Shown here in pieces: positions 45,573 through 59,283 of a DNA stretch of 64,000 bases. Within the stretch, counting starts at the first letter, position 1; each line of letters starts with the position of its first letter. The stretch is from Macrostomum lignano. Its lineage: Eukaryota. The notes beneath the pieces are model-generated. The model was not told the DNA's origin, made no database searches, and was given only the letters and a program-made list of their open reading frames with translations. The position numbers and the translations under genes were made by a program. Location: NCBI GenBank assembly GCA_002269645.1, contig NIVC01000189.1, forward strand, positions 62,001-126,000, read 5' to 3'.

Positions 45573-46367
45573 GAATTTCGTCTAACTGGGCAGTCTCTAG
45601 CCAGGTGAGTTTCTTCGCCGCACTCATAACAGGCCTTTCTCACATTTGGCGCGTTCGCCCCCGAAGGTTTGAACCTGTCATTGGCCCCTCCGGCCTCGTG
45701 ACCAAAGCGTGGCGGGCGTGTCATGGCGGGTTTGACAAATGGCGAAGACTGCCTATAGGGTCTTAAGTAACTGCTCATGTGATGCTGTGGCCGAAAGCTA
45801 TTCGGAGGCTGCACTGGTGCCTGTGGCCTATAGCTTCTGCGAAGGATAATTGGCTGGGGAAGCAAACTGAGGTCCAAATGACTGATGGCCTTGCCCCGCG
45901 CTGGGTGCTGGCTTTTTCTGCTCTTTTTCTACTTGAGCTGTCAAAGTATTTGAGCCCTCCTGCTTCCTCCTATTCTTTTGACTGCCGGGGTTGGCGAGCT
46001 CCTCGAGGATCTCCTCGTTTTTGGCTGCAGTCAGTAAATCTTGCGTCTGGTACTTCGATTCATGCGTTCTGCGATAGGCAATAACTGCGCGCCTGACTTT
46101 ATAATTTGCTATGCCGGCTTCAAATCGTTCAGAAACTCGCTCTCTGGCCTGACTCTCTAGTCCTGCTTTCCTAACTAATTCAACTAGCGCGTCGTAAAAT
46201 TCTTCTAATGATTCGTCTTCCTTCTGCTTCCGGTTCATCAGCTCTAGCTTCGCTTCTTCCTTCTGTCCTACAGGCTTAAATTTGTCCTTTAAAGTCTTTT
46301 CAATGCTTTTAAAAGGTTCGGTGCTCGCTAGGCCTAAGTTAATGTAAACCTTGTAGGCGTCTGTCAC
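45518..46367 (-). pseudogene. gag: Gag: retrotransposon capsid-like domain + CCHC zinc knuckle, interrupted by one frameshift near 45830-45877
   Basis: ELMNRKQKEDESLEEFYDALVELVRKA is a typical Retrotrans_gag segment (ORF 45828-46367). CYECGEETHLARDC at 45631-45590 lies in ORF 45518-45877. Confidence 0.85.
45527..45572 (-). promoter_or_regulatory. -1 programmed ribosomal frameshift signal
   Basis: T TTA AAC heptamer in gag frame (45572-45566), 7-nt spacer TACCGAC, then GGGGCGG-17nt-CCGCCCC stem. The -1 frame is the CSD-protease ORF. Confidence 0.75.
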
Positions 46368-46689
46368 GTTATTGGCGTAGTAGTGGCTATAGCCCTCAAA
46401 AGGGCCGTTTGACGAGGGTACTGACGTTATTAATTAGTCCCAAAAGGATGGTGAACTCAACAATGGCAGAGTAGATTTTGTAGCGGTAGCATTTGGCAAT
46501 GGCGGTAGATAACAAGACGCCAACTGGTTTATAATTATCAATGTTTAATATTAATACAGAAGCTTATGACGTTATTGGGCACTGGCGGCTGCAACAATGG
46601 GTTGATGTAATTTAGTTGTATAGATGAAAGTTGAGTAGATGATGATAATTGGGATGAAGCTGAGTAGCAAGTGATGGCTGTGAGCACAG

Positions 46690-47600
46690 TGATGGCTAAC
46701 TCGAACTTCAGAGACCGCATGATTCATTACCCGAGCCGCTTGGCGAACCTAGAGTGCACAAAGTACATCTCTGGCGCCGATTCTGCACTCCTGGCAGCTT
46801 CGCTAACTGATTTGATAGATTGATCGACTGAGAACTGCCTTGCCTGGTCCACTGTGACCGGCGCCTACTAGCTTAGCTACTCATCTGAGCCATCGGCGAA
46901 CAAAGAAATAAAACCGATAAAAATAACTGTTAGATTTAACCTTCTTCTTAGATCACTTCACACTTCAGATTGAATTGGAGTTTTAGACTACTAGAAGTAT
47001 TATTGAATGACTTCTGCCTCAGCAACAGCACTACTGAACAAAGTGAGCAAAAGTGTGCGCCTAATCCAGCTACTGAAACAGGGGACAGATAAGGAATCAC
47101 CCAATCAAGCAAGTCTAGGTAGCCTCTCACCCAACCAATCAGAAACTCAACAGCCGGAGACCAGGTAATCCACAGTGACCGAATTGGCTTGATGCTTCGC
47201 AGCTGTAGACTCGGGATGATGCTGACACAATCTTCGCTGATAGCTAGCAGGTGATGATCTTAACTTTGATGTTCGCTGCTGACGACCGGGGGAATTCGTC
47301 CTTGATGATGAGGGGGGAAGTCGCAATCCGGGGATCAAGAAACGACGGTCGCGTACTGGGCCCGAGCCAGTACCAGTTGAGGTCCGAGCGGGCCAAAAAC
47401 TCCGGCTTAAATAGCCGCCAACTGGACCCCAGTTTGTTATAATGGAACACGTCGATTCTGATTGGCTGAGCCGTTTTGTTAAAATGAGCGCCGAATTTTC
47501 TGATTGGCTGAGCTAGTGGCCACCCAGAATCACGTGACCGGGAGATCCTATCAGTTCCCACAGGGTCGTAAAAACATGACAGGTTTTAAAACATAAATCA
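46690..47600 (-). mobile_element. LTR-like repeat, copy 1
   Basis: TGAT...ATCA termini; two AGCCAATCAG boxes followed by TATTTAA on the minus strand; homologous to 51449-52563. No PBS or TSD identified. Confidence 0.55.
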
Positions 47601-48873
47601 ATCAAAATCGCAACAAAATGATTTATGACTGACTTTTCGCGTAGAATTGACAAAAATTAATGAAAAAATATACATTAGAAAGCTCTTATTAAATAGAAAG
47701 TGAAGATAATGAAGAGAAATCGCTAATCGCTAATCCCAAGGTACTTTTAGGGGTAAAACGCATAGCTGTCAAAGCTGTCACACGCTTGAGTGAACCCGAA
47801 CAATAGGCTCTGACCTCATAAATCTGATGGCCTGTCAAAAATGATGAGAAAAAAAGCTACTATTCGCATCCCCTCAGACCATCTGGCGCCAGCCTCAACA
47901 CTGAGTGAGGCGCAGGTGGCTGTCAGACCAGCTTCGAAAGCGATGATTTATGACCCAAAAAGCTGCGCCTATGTTATTATGACTACTAGTATGACCAAAC
48001 CATATATCTAGTATAAATTTTATGTTACTTCGCAGAAAAAGAATAAAAAATGCCCCTAGCCTACTGTTAGTAAGCAAGTAAGTTTAGAGCCCATGTGCTA
48101 GCGCGGGATTTGGAAAAAAGGGCGTCCTCATCAATATAATAAAAGCACCTGTAAGTAATGTGAGAGCTACGCACGAGTACGCTCAAAAATTCAATCCAAC
48201 TGTACATGAAACTGCTATGCGTTTAAAGCGTACTGCAGAATAATTTATACTACAAAACAAAAGAAAGAACTCTTGCACAAAACAAGACACTATTTGTCAC
48301 TTTTCGTTTTTCAAAGTATAGAAAATTACGAGATAAATATATTTAAAGTATAACAAGTTAAATTCCCGCCCGAACTCTGTAGAACATTCTAGTTTCGGAA
48401 ATGTTTCACGGCTAAAGACTACAAATATAAAACGTTTGCAGCCTTGCACTCTAGTTTGACGAGAGGCAGGTAATAAATATTTGACGCAAAAAAGTGCAGA
48501 ATTTTTATACATTTTGCTATAATTTCTTTTAGAACTTTTAGTATTTTGTTGCATTTCTGACAATACACCGAACAGAAATGTATCGATCTTTTTTCCTTTA
48601 CTTTAACTTCTCTGGAGTGTACTACATGTACATGTAAGTTACAACCAATATACAGGTTTGGCTATACAGATATACAGATTTCGAAAAAGTCAAGGTGTAG
48701 CGTCCTATTTTAGCCGTCCATGGGCTCGCCAATAACAACTACGCGAAACCAAGCCACTGAAGTGAAAGAATAATGGAAACTGTCGATTACTATACATTAA
48801 TTATAATCAAGTATAAAAAATTACTGTATGAAATTAACAAATTTTATTCGATTTCGCTCGATCAACACGTCTC

Positions 48874-49724
48874 TCAGCTGCTGATGAAACCGTTCAGCTG
48901 CAAGAATGCGCAGATTTTATCAACACCGTGGATGCAATTGTCCGAAAGCAAACGGTATTTAGAGCCACAAATATCGAATAGTTGTCTTAGCGTCACTCCG
49001 AAACTGAACCAGCTGAACATGCTGGCCTTTAACTCGCGAATCAGTTCCCAGCCGTACATATCGGATTTTTTTATTTTAACCAAGCGACACTCGCCCTTGC
49101 GATAGCACTCTCTGGACGTGCCGATTGCCTTATCGCTTTCTACTCCTGTGTAATTATATTATGCGGCGTAGTCATGGGGTGAATGTTGCATGGGGGCAGT
49201 TGCCCCCCCCCAAAAAAAAGAGGCTGGCAGAAATTATGGCACCCCCTTGCCCCGTTGCCCCCTTACTTGGCGCCCTCAATCACAACAGGTGCACAGCATC
49301 TCTGTTCCTGCCGTCATTTAGACTATATGTGCACAATATAGTTGGTAAAGAACTGTATGAATCAAACTAGTCTATTATCACGAACCCGAATCCTACATCA
49401 CTGACCTTTTTAAAAAAGAACGAGAAAAACTGTAACAATGACAGCCTCACCTTTCTCGATCAGGTAGAGCTCTCCACTCGTAGTCTTGGCTACCGCGGCT
49501 TGGTGCCCGGGCCCGAAGCCGCTTGAAAAGAGCGAACTACCGCCGGAGGCACTATCAAGTGGCCGTTTGTAAACTTTTACAGACTCTACTTGAGCGTCAA
49601 GATCGACGTCTCTAGTTTGAGTCCGAGTTGGCCATAAGCCTTGAATGGCTCGGCTTTGAATGTCATAGTCAACTGAATCAGATGATGCATCAGATTGAAA
49701 CTTCCTCTGCCTGCTGATCCCCAT
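48874..49724 (-). CDS. Permuted NlpC/P60 (PPPDE/DeSI/LRAT-like) thiol hydrolase, copy A (~181 aa)
   Basis: Exons 49724-49451 and 49145-48874 (phase 1 intron). His motif GPGHQAAVAKTTSGELYLIEKG precedes YRLLSDNCIHGV, matching the His-before-NC order and Y-x-L-L-x-x-N-C motif of permuted papain-like enzymes. The N-terminal extent is uncertain. Confidence 0.7.
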
Positions 49725-50727
49725 GACTTCGTGGCCTCCTGAAACAGTTGTGAGGATAAAAGTTTTGAAATATATCAGCACGCAGTTTCTGAAGGACAGA
49801 ATTAAGATTATACCTACCAGGTAGCTAATTGGCTAACAAATGAGGGCCAACTCCAAAGGCACAGAGTGAATATATTTACCGATTAGAGAAAGTCAAGGTC
49901 GCTATACAACTCTTTGCGGCTTTTACTGACTGTTTAAACTGACTATATACAAAATAGCGAGTTTGCCAGTGAAGCCTTACCAAATCCGTTGGGTCGGAAT
50001 TCACCAACAGCCTCAAACATTTGGCCTCTCATGGTGCCATTCGAACATTCGAGCGTCATTGCGCTACAATAGAAGCCACCGCTCATTGTGACTGCAAAAA
50101 TTTCGTTAGAGTTGTCGGTTTTTTCTGGAAAGTTTTCTGAATATGGATGCTTAATGAATGATTTGCCTTATTGCATATATATAGTGTGATATATGGCTTG
50201 AGTCGAGTTATACGGTACTGCAACGTACGTACGTGTACTCAACCAAAGGCCGTGCTATACGAGCTTTATATTGTACTCACAAGTATAGTTGCATTATATT
50301 TCTCCGTACAGTTCTACTTTCTGGTTTGAGACCCAGACAGACAGACAGATAGACAGACAGACAGACAGCTGTATGCAAAGAAGTAGACTGCAAGAAAAGC
50401 AGACAAATGGGAGCTACGAGTGCAGCGAAGTTCCACTTGAATTGAGTACAATTTAGCTATCTTACTGGCTATTTTTTGAGTTGTTCAAGTGTGTGCGACG
50501 AGTCATGCACTCGTAGTTGGTTGGCTGGCAGCTAGTTTCTCTGTGCAGCTGTTCCTGCTCATCCGTGTGTACAATTTAAGTAGGCATAATAAAGTTACAT
50601 ACTTGTTATCTGTACATGTCTGTACAATCATATAACTCCTATGACCAATATGCTTTTTTCCATTTTATTTATTGTTTATAGCTAAAGTATTTCGACTGCG
50701 ATTTAATTTAGAGAGCAGACAAAGGGC

Positions 50728-51142
<415 letters not shown>

Positions 51143-51448
51143 CAGATTAACAAACCCGCTGCCACCAGCCCGTGCGTCCTGGCTCACCAAACCGTAGCTT
51201 TCGAAATCGGACTTCCGACTAGAAGGGGCTTTGCACTTACCTGCCAACTAGTGTCATCTTTCTGTCAATCTCGAAGTCATAGCCGATGATAAGGGACACT
51301 GCTGGGACTTGATCGCATTGGCCATGCAGGGACAGAGGGGGCTTGTGGTGGCGGGACTATGGGGTAGCTACATGTACTATTACATTGCTAAATAATAAAG
51401 ATTCTACTTCTAGCCTTCAACGTGCTAACCAGCCTCTCGTAGCGCTGG

Positions 51449-52563
51449 TGATAGACTAACTCGAACTTCAGAGACCGCATGATTCATTACCCGAGCCGCT
51501 TGGCGAATCCAGAGTGCACAAAGTACATCTCTAGCGCCAATTTTGAACTATTGGCAATTTTGCTAATTGATTTGATAGATCGATCGACTGAGAACCGCCT
51601 TGCCATTGGTCCACTGTGACTGGCGCCTGCTAATTTAGTTCCTCACTGGAGCCATCAGCGAAAAAGTAAAAATCAGATAAAAATAACTGTCAGATTCAAC
51701 CTCAGAAAAACACTTCACACTTCAGATTGAATTGAGGTAATCAGACTACTAACAGTATTTTTTAATTATTTCTGCCTCAAATACAGCACTGGACTGCTAA
51801 TCACAATAAGCAAACGTGTGCGCTTAATCCAGTTCCTGAAATAGGGGATGAAGGCAGCGCCTACTATCGTGTGTGTTGGGGGGTTGTTAGCGGCTGCGCC
51901 GCGTGACTCTGCCAGCTCAACCCTTTGCGTACAAAATCAAATGTGCATGGTGCGACTTTAGCCACCATTCTGACTCAGCTCAATAATTCAATAAATATAC
52001 TGATCGCTATTATTCTCGCCTGCAAGCTTTCGGCAACTATCGACTACAACAAGCAGTCTAGCCTCGTTTCACTCACTACAGGGGACAGATAGGGTATCAC
52101 CTAATTAAGCAAGTCTAGGTAGCCAACCAACCAATAAAAAACTCAACAAGTAATCCACAGCGACCAAATCGGCTTAGTGCTTCGCAGCTGTAGGGATGGG
52201 ATGATGTCATCGCGACCTCGATGATGTCGACCGGGAAAGACGTCCTTGATGATGAGGGGAGATGTCGCAATCCGGGGATCAAAAAACGACGGTCGAACTA
52301 ACGCAACTCAAGAGAATAGAGGTACCGGAGGCCGGGTTCCCTTCCGAGCGGGAAAAAATCAGTGGTTTCAGTATAGGCGCCAACTGGACCGCAGTTTGTT
52401 AAAATGGAACACCTCGACGCTGATTGGCGGAGCCGATTTGTTAGAACTGACGTCGAATTTTCTGATTGGTGGAGCTAATTGTTACCACAGAGACTCACGT
52501 GATCAAAAGATCCTTTCAGTTCCCCCGGGGTCATAAAGATACGCCAGGTGCTAACATAAATCA
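51449..52563 (-). mobile_element. LTR-like repeat, copy 2 (with ~200-bp insertion)
   Basis: Colinear similarity to 46690-47600 from TAACTCGAACTTCAGAGACCGCATG to ACATAAATCA. Confidence 0.55.
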
Positions 52564-52599
52564 CTGTTCGACTTTTGCAAATGCTCGCGCTTCTTTGAA

Positions 52600-52745
52600 G
52601 GCGGCGACAAATACTGGAAGCTCAACATAACTGGAAGCCGATGCACCATATCAATACCTTTAAGATCAGGCAGCATCTTACTGTCCCAATAATCTACAAA
52701 AGCGCAGAGTCGCGTTGAAAGTTTTAGAAAGGCGGCGGCAAACTC
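52600..52745 (-). mobile_element. Short DNA-transposase relic (hAT-like)
   Basis: Translates as FVDYWDSKMLPDLKGIDMVHRLPVML, resembling the HWDGKLLPDLTG..VDRLPVL motif recalled from hATm-type transposases. Confidence 0.4.
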
Positions 52746-53555
52746 AAAAGCTCGATTTCCATGAAGAAATTAACGATTGCTGGAACGATTGGTGACTACC
52801 TGATGGAGCTGATGGGATTCGATGAGATGGGAGAGGGGAATGAAAGAATAGAGGAAAATAAATAAGAAAAGGGATGGAGAAAATGCAATCGCTACTGGCA
52901 GTAGTAGCTATAGTACAGGGGAAGGAGCTCATGTACCATCACATCAGTAGCTATTAATGCTCATCATAAGAAAATTTATACAAGTTTAAAAGAATCCTAA
53001 AAGCGTCTTTAGGAACCACTGCATGCATAGCAATGACATTTGTGTAGCTGTACATTCCATACGTAAAGAGCTGAAATTGCTTCAAAAAGGACAGACAGAC
53101 GGGAGCGACGATTCCAGTCAGTCAAGCGGCAATTCGCATAAATGTGCACTTGTTATTTTCACTACAAAACCGGTCATGTGACAATGCAGTACCTTTTATT
53201 GTTTTTTATTCTAAAATAGCGATTACAAACGGTTGCAATATACAAGTAGCTCGGTCGCCGGCGAAGTTCTAAACTGAGATATAAAACATTAACTTTATAC
53301 AGTGACGGCATTACAGTAGCTTTCATGGCTTGATATTAACCAATCACAATTAAAGCCGATCTGTGAGGAAACACCTTAAAGTGAAAGAAGAAAAGATACT
53401 TTTTAATGATCTACAACTATGAATAAACAATCGAAATAGGTGAAATACGGCATATGAGCCTAATGAAATTTTGTTAGTTATTAGTAAAAAACAAAAAGGT
53501 GATTCACGATTTGACGAGGAATCAACTGTCGTATAGCAGAGCTACTTTCACTCGA

Positions 53556-54518
53556 TCAAGACGCATTGATGAAATTGTTCTGTTCCAAGAAGTTGCAGAT
53601 TTTACGAACACCGTCAATACAGTTGTCCCGCAGTAAATTGTAAGCGGAGCCGCATCTATCAAGCAGATGTCTTAGCGTCGCGCTGGAATTCGGAAATTCG
53701 GCCTTCAGCTTGCGAACCAGCTCCCAGTCGTGGATATCCGATTTTTCTATTTTAACCAAGCGACACTCGCCCTTGCGATAGCACTCCTTGGACTTGCCGA
53801 TGTTACTTTCGCTGCTTACTCCTGGATAGAAAATTAAGAGCATAATTGAGGCGCTAATTAGGAAAAATTAAAGAAATTAGGAATAAAAATATAAATTGCA
53901 AAAGGATAATGTAGATCGTTTCTGCAAATCTAATTTTTAAATCTAGTCTAATCTAACCAATAACATTCCCATAGGTGACCACACGATGGCACCTCCCTCA
54001 GTGGCGCCGCCTCAGTGGCCTCCACTGACAAAAATTCTTGGCTACGCTCTTGCAGTTCTTGCTAGCTAAATTATAAAATTTCCCATCATGTAGACTAGCT
54101 ACGCTCGTATGTTTGAATCTGGGGATGAGAAATAACTGGCTTAAAATCCTGATCCCGAAAAGAAAGAAAAACTCGAACAATAAAAGTTAATTGCTAGCGT
54201 CGGAGCATCTTTACCTTTTTCAATCACGTAGCGCTCTCCGCTCGTAGTCTTGGCTACCGCGGCTTTGTGATCGAATCCACAGCAGCTCGAACTACTGCCG
54301 CAGAGTTTGTCAAGTTGCCGTTTGTAAACTTTTACAGACTTTACTTGAGCGTCAAGATAGAGGTCACTGGTTTGAGTCGGAGTTGGCTCAGCTCAACGAG
54401 ATGGAATGGAGCTTTGAATGGCCCGGCCAAAGAAGCCTGGAAATCCATCGTCATCAGAGTCGTCACCGGAATCAGAAGAAGATGCATCAAACTGTAACTG
54501 CATCTGCCTGATCCCCAT
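53556..54518 (-). pseudogene. PPPDE/LRAT-like paralogue, copy B, with one in-frame TGA (54395-54393)
   Basis: Exons 54518-54215 and 53821-53556. FDHKAAVAKTTSGERYVIEKG and YNLLRDNCIDGV are intact; the TGA lies in an ~18-nt insertion relative to copy A. Confidence 0.65.
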
Positions 54519-55447
54519 GACTTCGTGACGACCTGAAACATTTGTAAGGATAAAAGTTTTGAAAAATATCAACACGCGATTACCCAGAGGAACAGAGGAG
54601 TGTAGCTAGCTAAGTAGCTAACACACGAGAACCAATCCCAAAAGCACAAGGTGAATATCTGTATGCCGATGAGAGTTAAGGCTGCTGTACATAATCTGTG
54701 AGCAGCGTGGGTGCTCGTGCTCAAGGGTCAACAGTGCAAGCCATTACATTTAATTTCTGATTTGTGGCGCTTTTACTGACTGGTTTAAACTGTTTAAATT
54801 GACTAAGCACGCAGCAGTTGGAATTTATAGTTTGCCAATGAAATCTTACCAAGTCCGTAGCATCGGAATGCACCAACAGCTGTAAACGCTTCGACTTTCA
54901 TGATGCCATTTGAACATTCAAGCTTCATTGCGCTAAAGTATACAAAGCCACCGCTCATTGTGACTGTGAAAATTTTATCTACGTTTCGGCACAAAAAATT
55001 TTTGGTTGTTTTCTGATCAGTTTTTTAATATTGATGCTATTAAATGCTATATACAGTATAAAAATTACCTGAGTCGAGTAATAAGGTACCAAATGACGGC
55101 TATACGAGTATTTTCGACGAAACTCGAATTGTACTCACCATTATTATTGCTCTGTGCATTTCTCTATGCAGTTTGCTTTTCTGGTTTGAGACCAGATTCT
55201 AAGAAAATGTTTATGTGATGTGCTTTTCTTAGTACAGTGCACGTTTGTCCATAAGAAGTGTTTCTTTCGCTAAATCGCGGCCCAAATAAAGTGAACTCAA
55301 GATAAATAACAAAACTAGAGTGCAGAAAGTAGAACCACAAGATACGTTCATAACAGCTTAGAAAATGTAACAAATTAGACTAAAAGTTTATATAGCAGCG
55401 AATTTATGAACCTGACGGTCGCTTTTGACTGTCTGGGCTGACTGTTT

Positions 55448-55608
<161 letters not shown>

Positions 55609-58600
55609 TAACTGTCCTACCGATCTGCATTTCACTGTACTCAAGAGTTTAAACTTCATTACCAGTTAGACTTCTTTTCATTGTACGAGCCAAAAAAGGA
55701 CAGACAAGGACAGTATGCAAGTTTGCAAAATAGTCACACTCTTATGATATGCTATGGTCCTTGAACTAAAGTAGTCGCATTACAAAGTTATACAAATCGG
55801 GCATCTATTTAAAAGCGGTTGAAATTCTTCACGCCTGTCATAAGTTTTACCTGTCGATTTGCATGTAACCAAACCCGGGCTGCATGAGAATACCTGCTGT
55901 ACTCTGTCTGGGCTGTGGCGCTGAAAAATACAACCGCAAGGCCTCGTCCCCTATAGAATTTGTCCACTCTGGATGGTGCGGTAGCCGACGTTGCGGCCAA
56001 GATCTCATTATCTAGACAGTGGGCGGGCCTGGGTTGTTTGACCGTACACGCCAAAGACGTTGGCCGTCACACCTGTGCTCCTGGAACCTAGAGGAGTACA
56101 TCACCCGGTAAAAGCTTCCATGCTCTATTGCTAACGAGACGGGAATCCCGGTCTAGCTAGCTATACATGTATAGCAGACTGAGGTTCTTGACCCCTACTG
56201 TACTACTAGAACTGCAGATTAAGGGACTCAGCTATGCGCGGCATTCAAGGGACAGTGCTGGAAATGAGTACTTTAATTGCATATGGGGAGCTTTAGTTGG
56301 TAGACGACTTTAGGCTACTCCCTCCTAATCCCCAGGATCCCAATGGTGGATAATAGAAAACTCCATCTTAATGTCTTTCCCTCCTAGATGGGCTTGAATG
56401 ATGCAACAAGGGATGGGGAAGTGCAGGTTCCATATAACTCTCTCATGGTGCACATCTTACAGGGACTTACTTAGAAGTACTGTTGATTATTTGAATGCAT
56501 TCGGCTTATACTGGGTGATTTTCCACTCTGATCCTCAGCTTACATTCCATCCTGCGACAGGCACACTCTCTCTCACACTTCATGATTTCACGGTTCATGG
56601 CAAATGAGAAAATAGGCAGACCAAAATTTCTGGAAATGAACTTGACACTAATAGTCCGGTTAATTATTAAGGTGAGTTGGATTAAGAATGAGTATTAGAA
56701 GATGCGGTGAGCTTTTATTTATACCCCTGAGATCACGCGACACGCGATCATGGAGCGTGATGCGTGATATTGAAGGCCGTGACGTATCCTCGACCTCCGT
56801 TACCAAACAACCCTGATGAAAGTCACGATTGCCAGCCGCGCTGTGACTGGACGAGAAATTGGTTTGGGGCGCAGTGGAGAAAAATGATTTATGATGAAGA
56901 GCTGCACTACATAATAGGCGGGAAAAAGTTTGGAGAGATAGGGCCGTTCATAAAACTGTCACACGCATGAATCAGTTCGAGCAATAGATCCGAAGTGGGG
57001 TTGGGGTGGGCGATAACATGACATCATCACATCACATCACACAGGCGCAAGAATCACAGGGGGTGCACACAAAAGTTTGTGAGGAGGCCCATGTCACCAG
57101 AACGTGATTACATATATCGTAGATGTCACATGCACGTATATATGTTTATACTTACACTGGACAGCATGTACAACTGTACGTTGACGAAACAAAGTATAAC
57201 TTTTTGTCTCCATAACTAGAGGGAGATACGTGCTATAAAGTTTTTATTATTGAATGACAATCGCCAAGAAGAAAGTGAAAAATTGTGCTAAGTGCAGAGG
57301 TTGTTAAGGCAGTCAAACATTCAACAGAATTAAATAGAATAATTATACTGCTGTTTTTCTTGGAAGAAGCCGAATGACGATCAGTATCTATTTTTAGAAA
57401 CAATTCACAAATTGGTTCTGGTTCTGGAACCAGAACAAGCTGAAAAGGCCCATGTCTAGAAGGCGAGGTGACGTCAGTTCTAAAAATAGAACAGAGTCAT
57501 GAGGTCCGACGCACACTGGCGCAGCCGTGATTCCCTGCCTAGCTATACATGTAAATACGTGCCCTGTAATACGTGCCATGTAAATACATGTAAATTGGAC
57601 CCTTGGTTCAGTCAAAATCGGAGTCTAATTTTGTTTGGACCAGTTTTCCAGTTTTCGTTATTGTTCTCTAAGACTCAAGTCTTCTGTCAGTCCCAGTTGC
57701 CCATTCTAGCTATCTGTAATTGGCCTGACTAAACTTTGACGCCCAAGCCTAAAAGGAGCTAATACACAGCTGCCTTCCCATGCAACCACCCACTGAGCCC
57801 GGCAGGATCTGCTGACTTGCAGGACACCTTGTTCGTTAACTTGCAAATCTGCACGCTGTGCTGAGTTCGTTGACTTGTTTATTTCGTTCAGAACAGTAGC
57901 TCACCTCATCGAAGCCCGAGGCCTGAAGGAACTGGTGGCAGCACTACCTACGTACGCTACTGAGTTAAGGCTTCCGGTTAAGGAAGATGAGAGCTCAAAC
58001 CCAAATCACTGTGCCAGACGGCCGGAGAAACACGGGTCCAACATTGGTGGCAGCGGTGGGATTTTAAGACCAGGCCATCCCGACAAAGCCAACTGTACTT
58101 TCACATGTAGTTGGTTAATGGTTGGTTGACATGTTTTTGCTTCTAAATGGTCTTAATGTATATAATGTCGTCAATTCTACCGAAAATTTCTGTAGATAAA
58201 AATTTTTCAAAAGATATGTGCAAATAAAGTAGACTTAACATCATTATTTATATATGATGCTTTTATCGAAAATGTATCTGTTTAAATGCACTATTGAGGC
58301 GCTAATTCGAAGGTTAATTTGAGATCATGATGAACATGTCTTAAGATTTTTTATTTTAAAACTCTAGTTATTGGGTGCTGGTGCTGGGGCATTTTAATTG
58401 TTGTTGCATACTAGTTATTATTTGTTGCTGGCTGTTGGTTTCATTAGGCCTATCTAGAAAAGTAACATTGATATTTAACTTCTTCGACCGAAACAAATAT
58501 CGCCTTTAAATATTAAAATAATTGCAGACCATGCTTGCTTAGACAACAGACTGTCACACTGTCAAATAATAAAATAACTTCAATCGCAATTTGAATCCAT

Positions 58601-58985
58601 CATTCAATTTATCATGCTACGCTAGTTTTTTAAAAATAAACTTTTAGTTTAGTTTTTTAAAATACCTTTTGCAATTTTTTTCCTTACTAATTAGTATTTT
58701 TGTGGTTTTTAAGGTGCTTGTCAACTTTTTTTCGTCAACTGGCTTAGCTGTAAATTCGTCAACTGTTAAATTCATCAACTGGTAAATTTTTCAAATGGTA
58801 GGGCCTAAATTCATCAGCATAATAGGCCTACAGTATGTTCAGCTGTCTCAGTGCACAGATAAAACAGATTCATAAAAGCAATGAGCCAAGCCGTGTCATT
58901 GTAGGCCTAATGCTGGTTTTTAGGCACAGGACATGACAATTGTCAATTGTGACAATGCCTAGGCCTACCTTTATTGTTGCTAGAT

Positions 58986-59283
58986 CATACATGCGCAACA
59001 GTCGGCCGAGTCGGCCGATCCGGCCGACCGATTTGGCGGCCAATCAAGGAAGTCGCAAAAATGCCCACCCAAAAAATAACCTGAAGAGTAGTACTAAGTA
59101 GCTGACGAGGCATTTTAGCTTAATAAAACAGTCATAGTTACTCCTGCCGTTTACCCAAAGTTGCGTTAATTTTGCTTTCGGGTTTTTTTATATGTAAGTC
59201 GCATTTTTGGCCAAAAACTACGTCGCATTTTTGTTAAAACTAAGTCGCACGGCTGACCGAATTTTGGAGGTTGCACATGTATG
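58986..59283. mobile_element. hAT-type MITE (298 bp)
   Basis: TIRs CATACATGCGCAAC / GTTGCACATGTATG (13/14 match); 8-bp TSD TGCTAGAT at 58978-58985 and 59284-59291. Confidence 0.88.

Larger units (their letters stand above)
42613..46400 (-). mobile_element. Ty3/gypsy-type LTR retroelement, 5'-truncated, gag-CSD-protease only
   Basis: Gag-like ORF, CCHC knuckle, retropepsin DTG motif, polypurine tract AGGAGGGGGGAG (43558-43547) abutting TGTAGT... (3' LTR start at 43546). The distal LTR end (42613) is a guess. Confidence 0.8.

Noticed and set aside
46690-47600. This repeat as the 5' LTR of the gag-CSD-protease element
   Set aside because: It does not match the sequence following the PPT at 43546, and no TGG-type PBS follows it.
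57875-58129. Possible + strand exon (TVAHLIEARGLKELVAALP...) after ttcgttcag
   Set aside because: No recognisable homology or partner exons; cannot be supported, though RNA-seq could rescue it.
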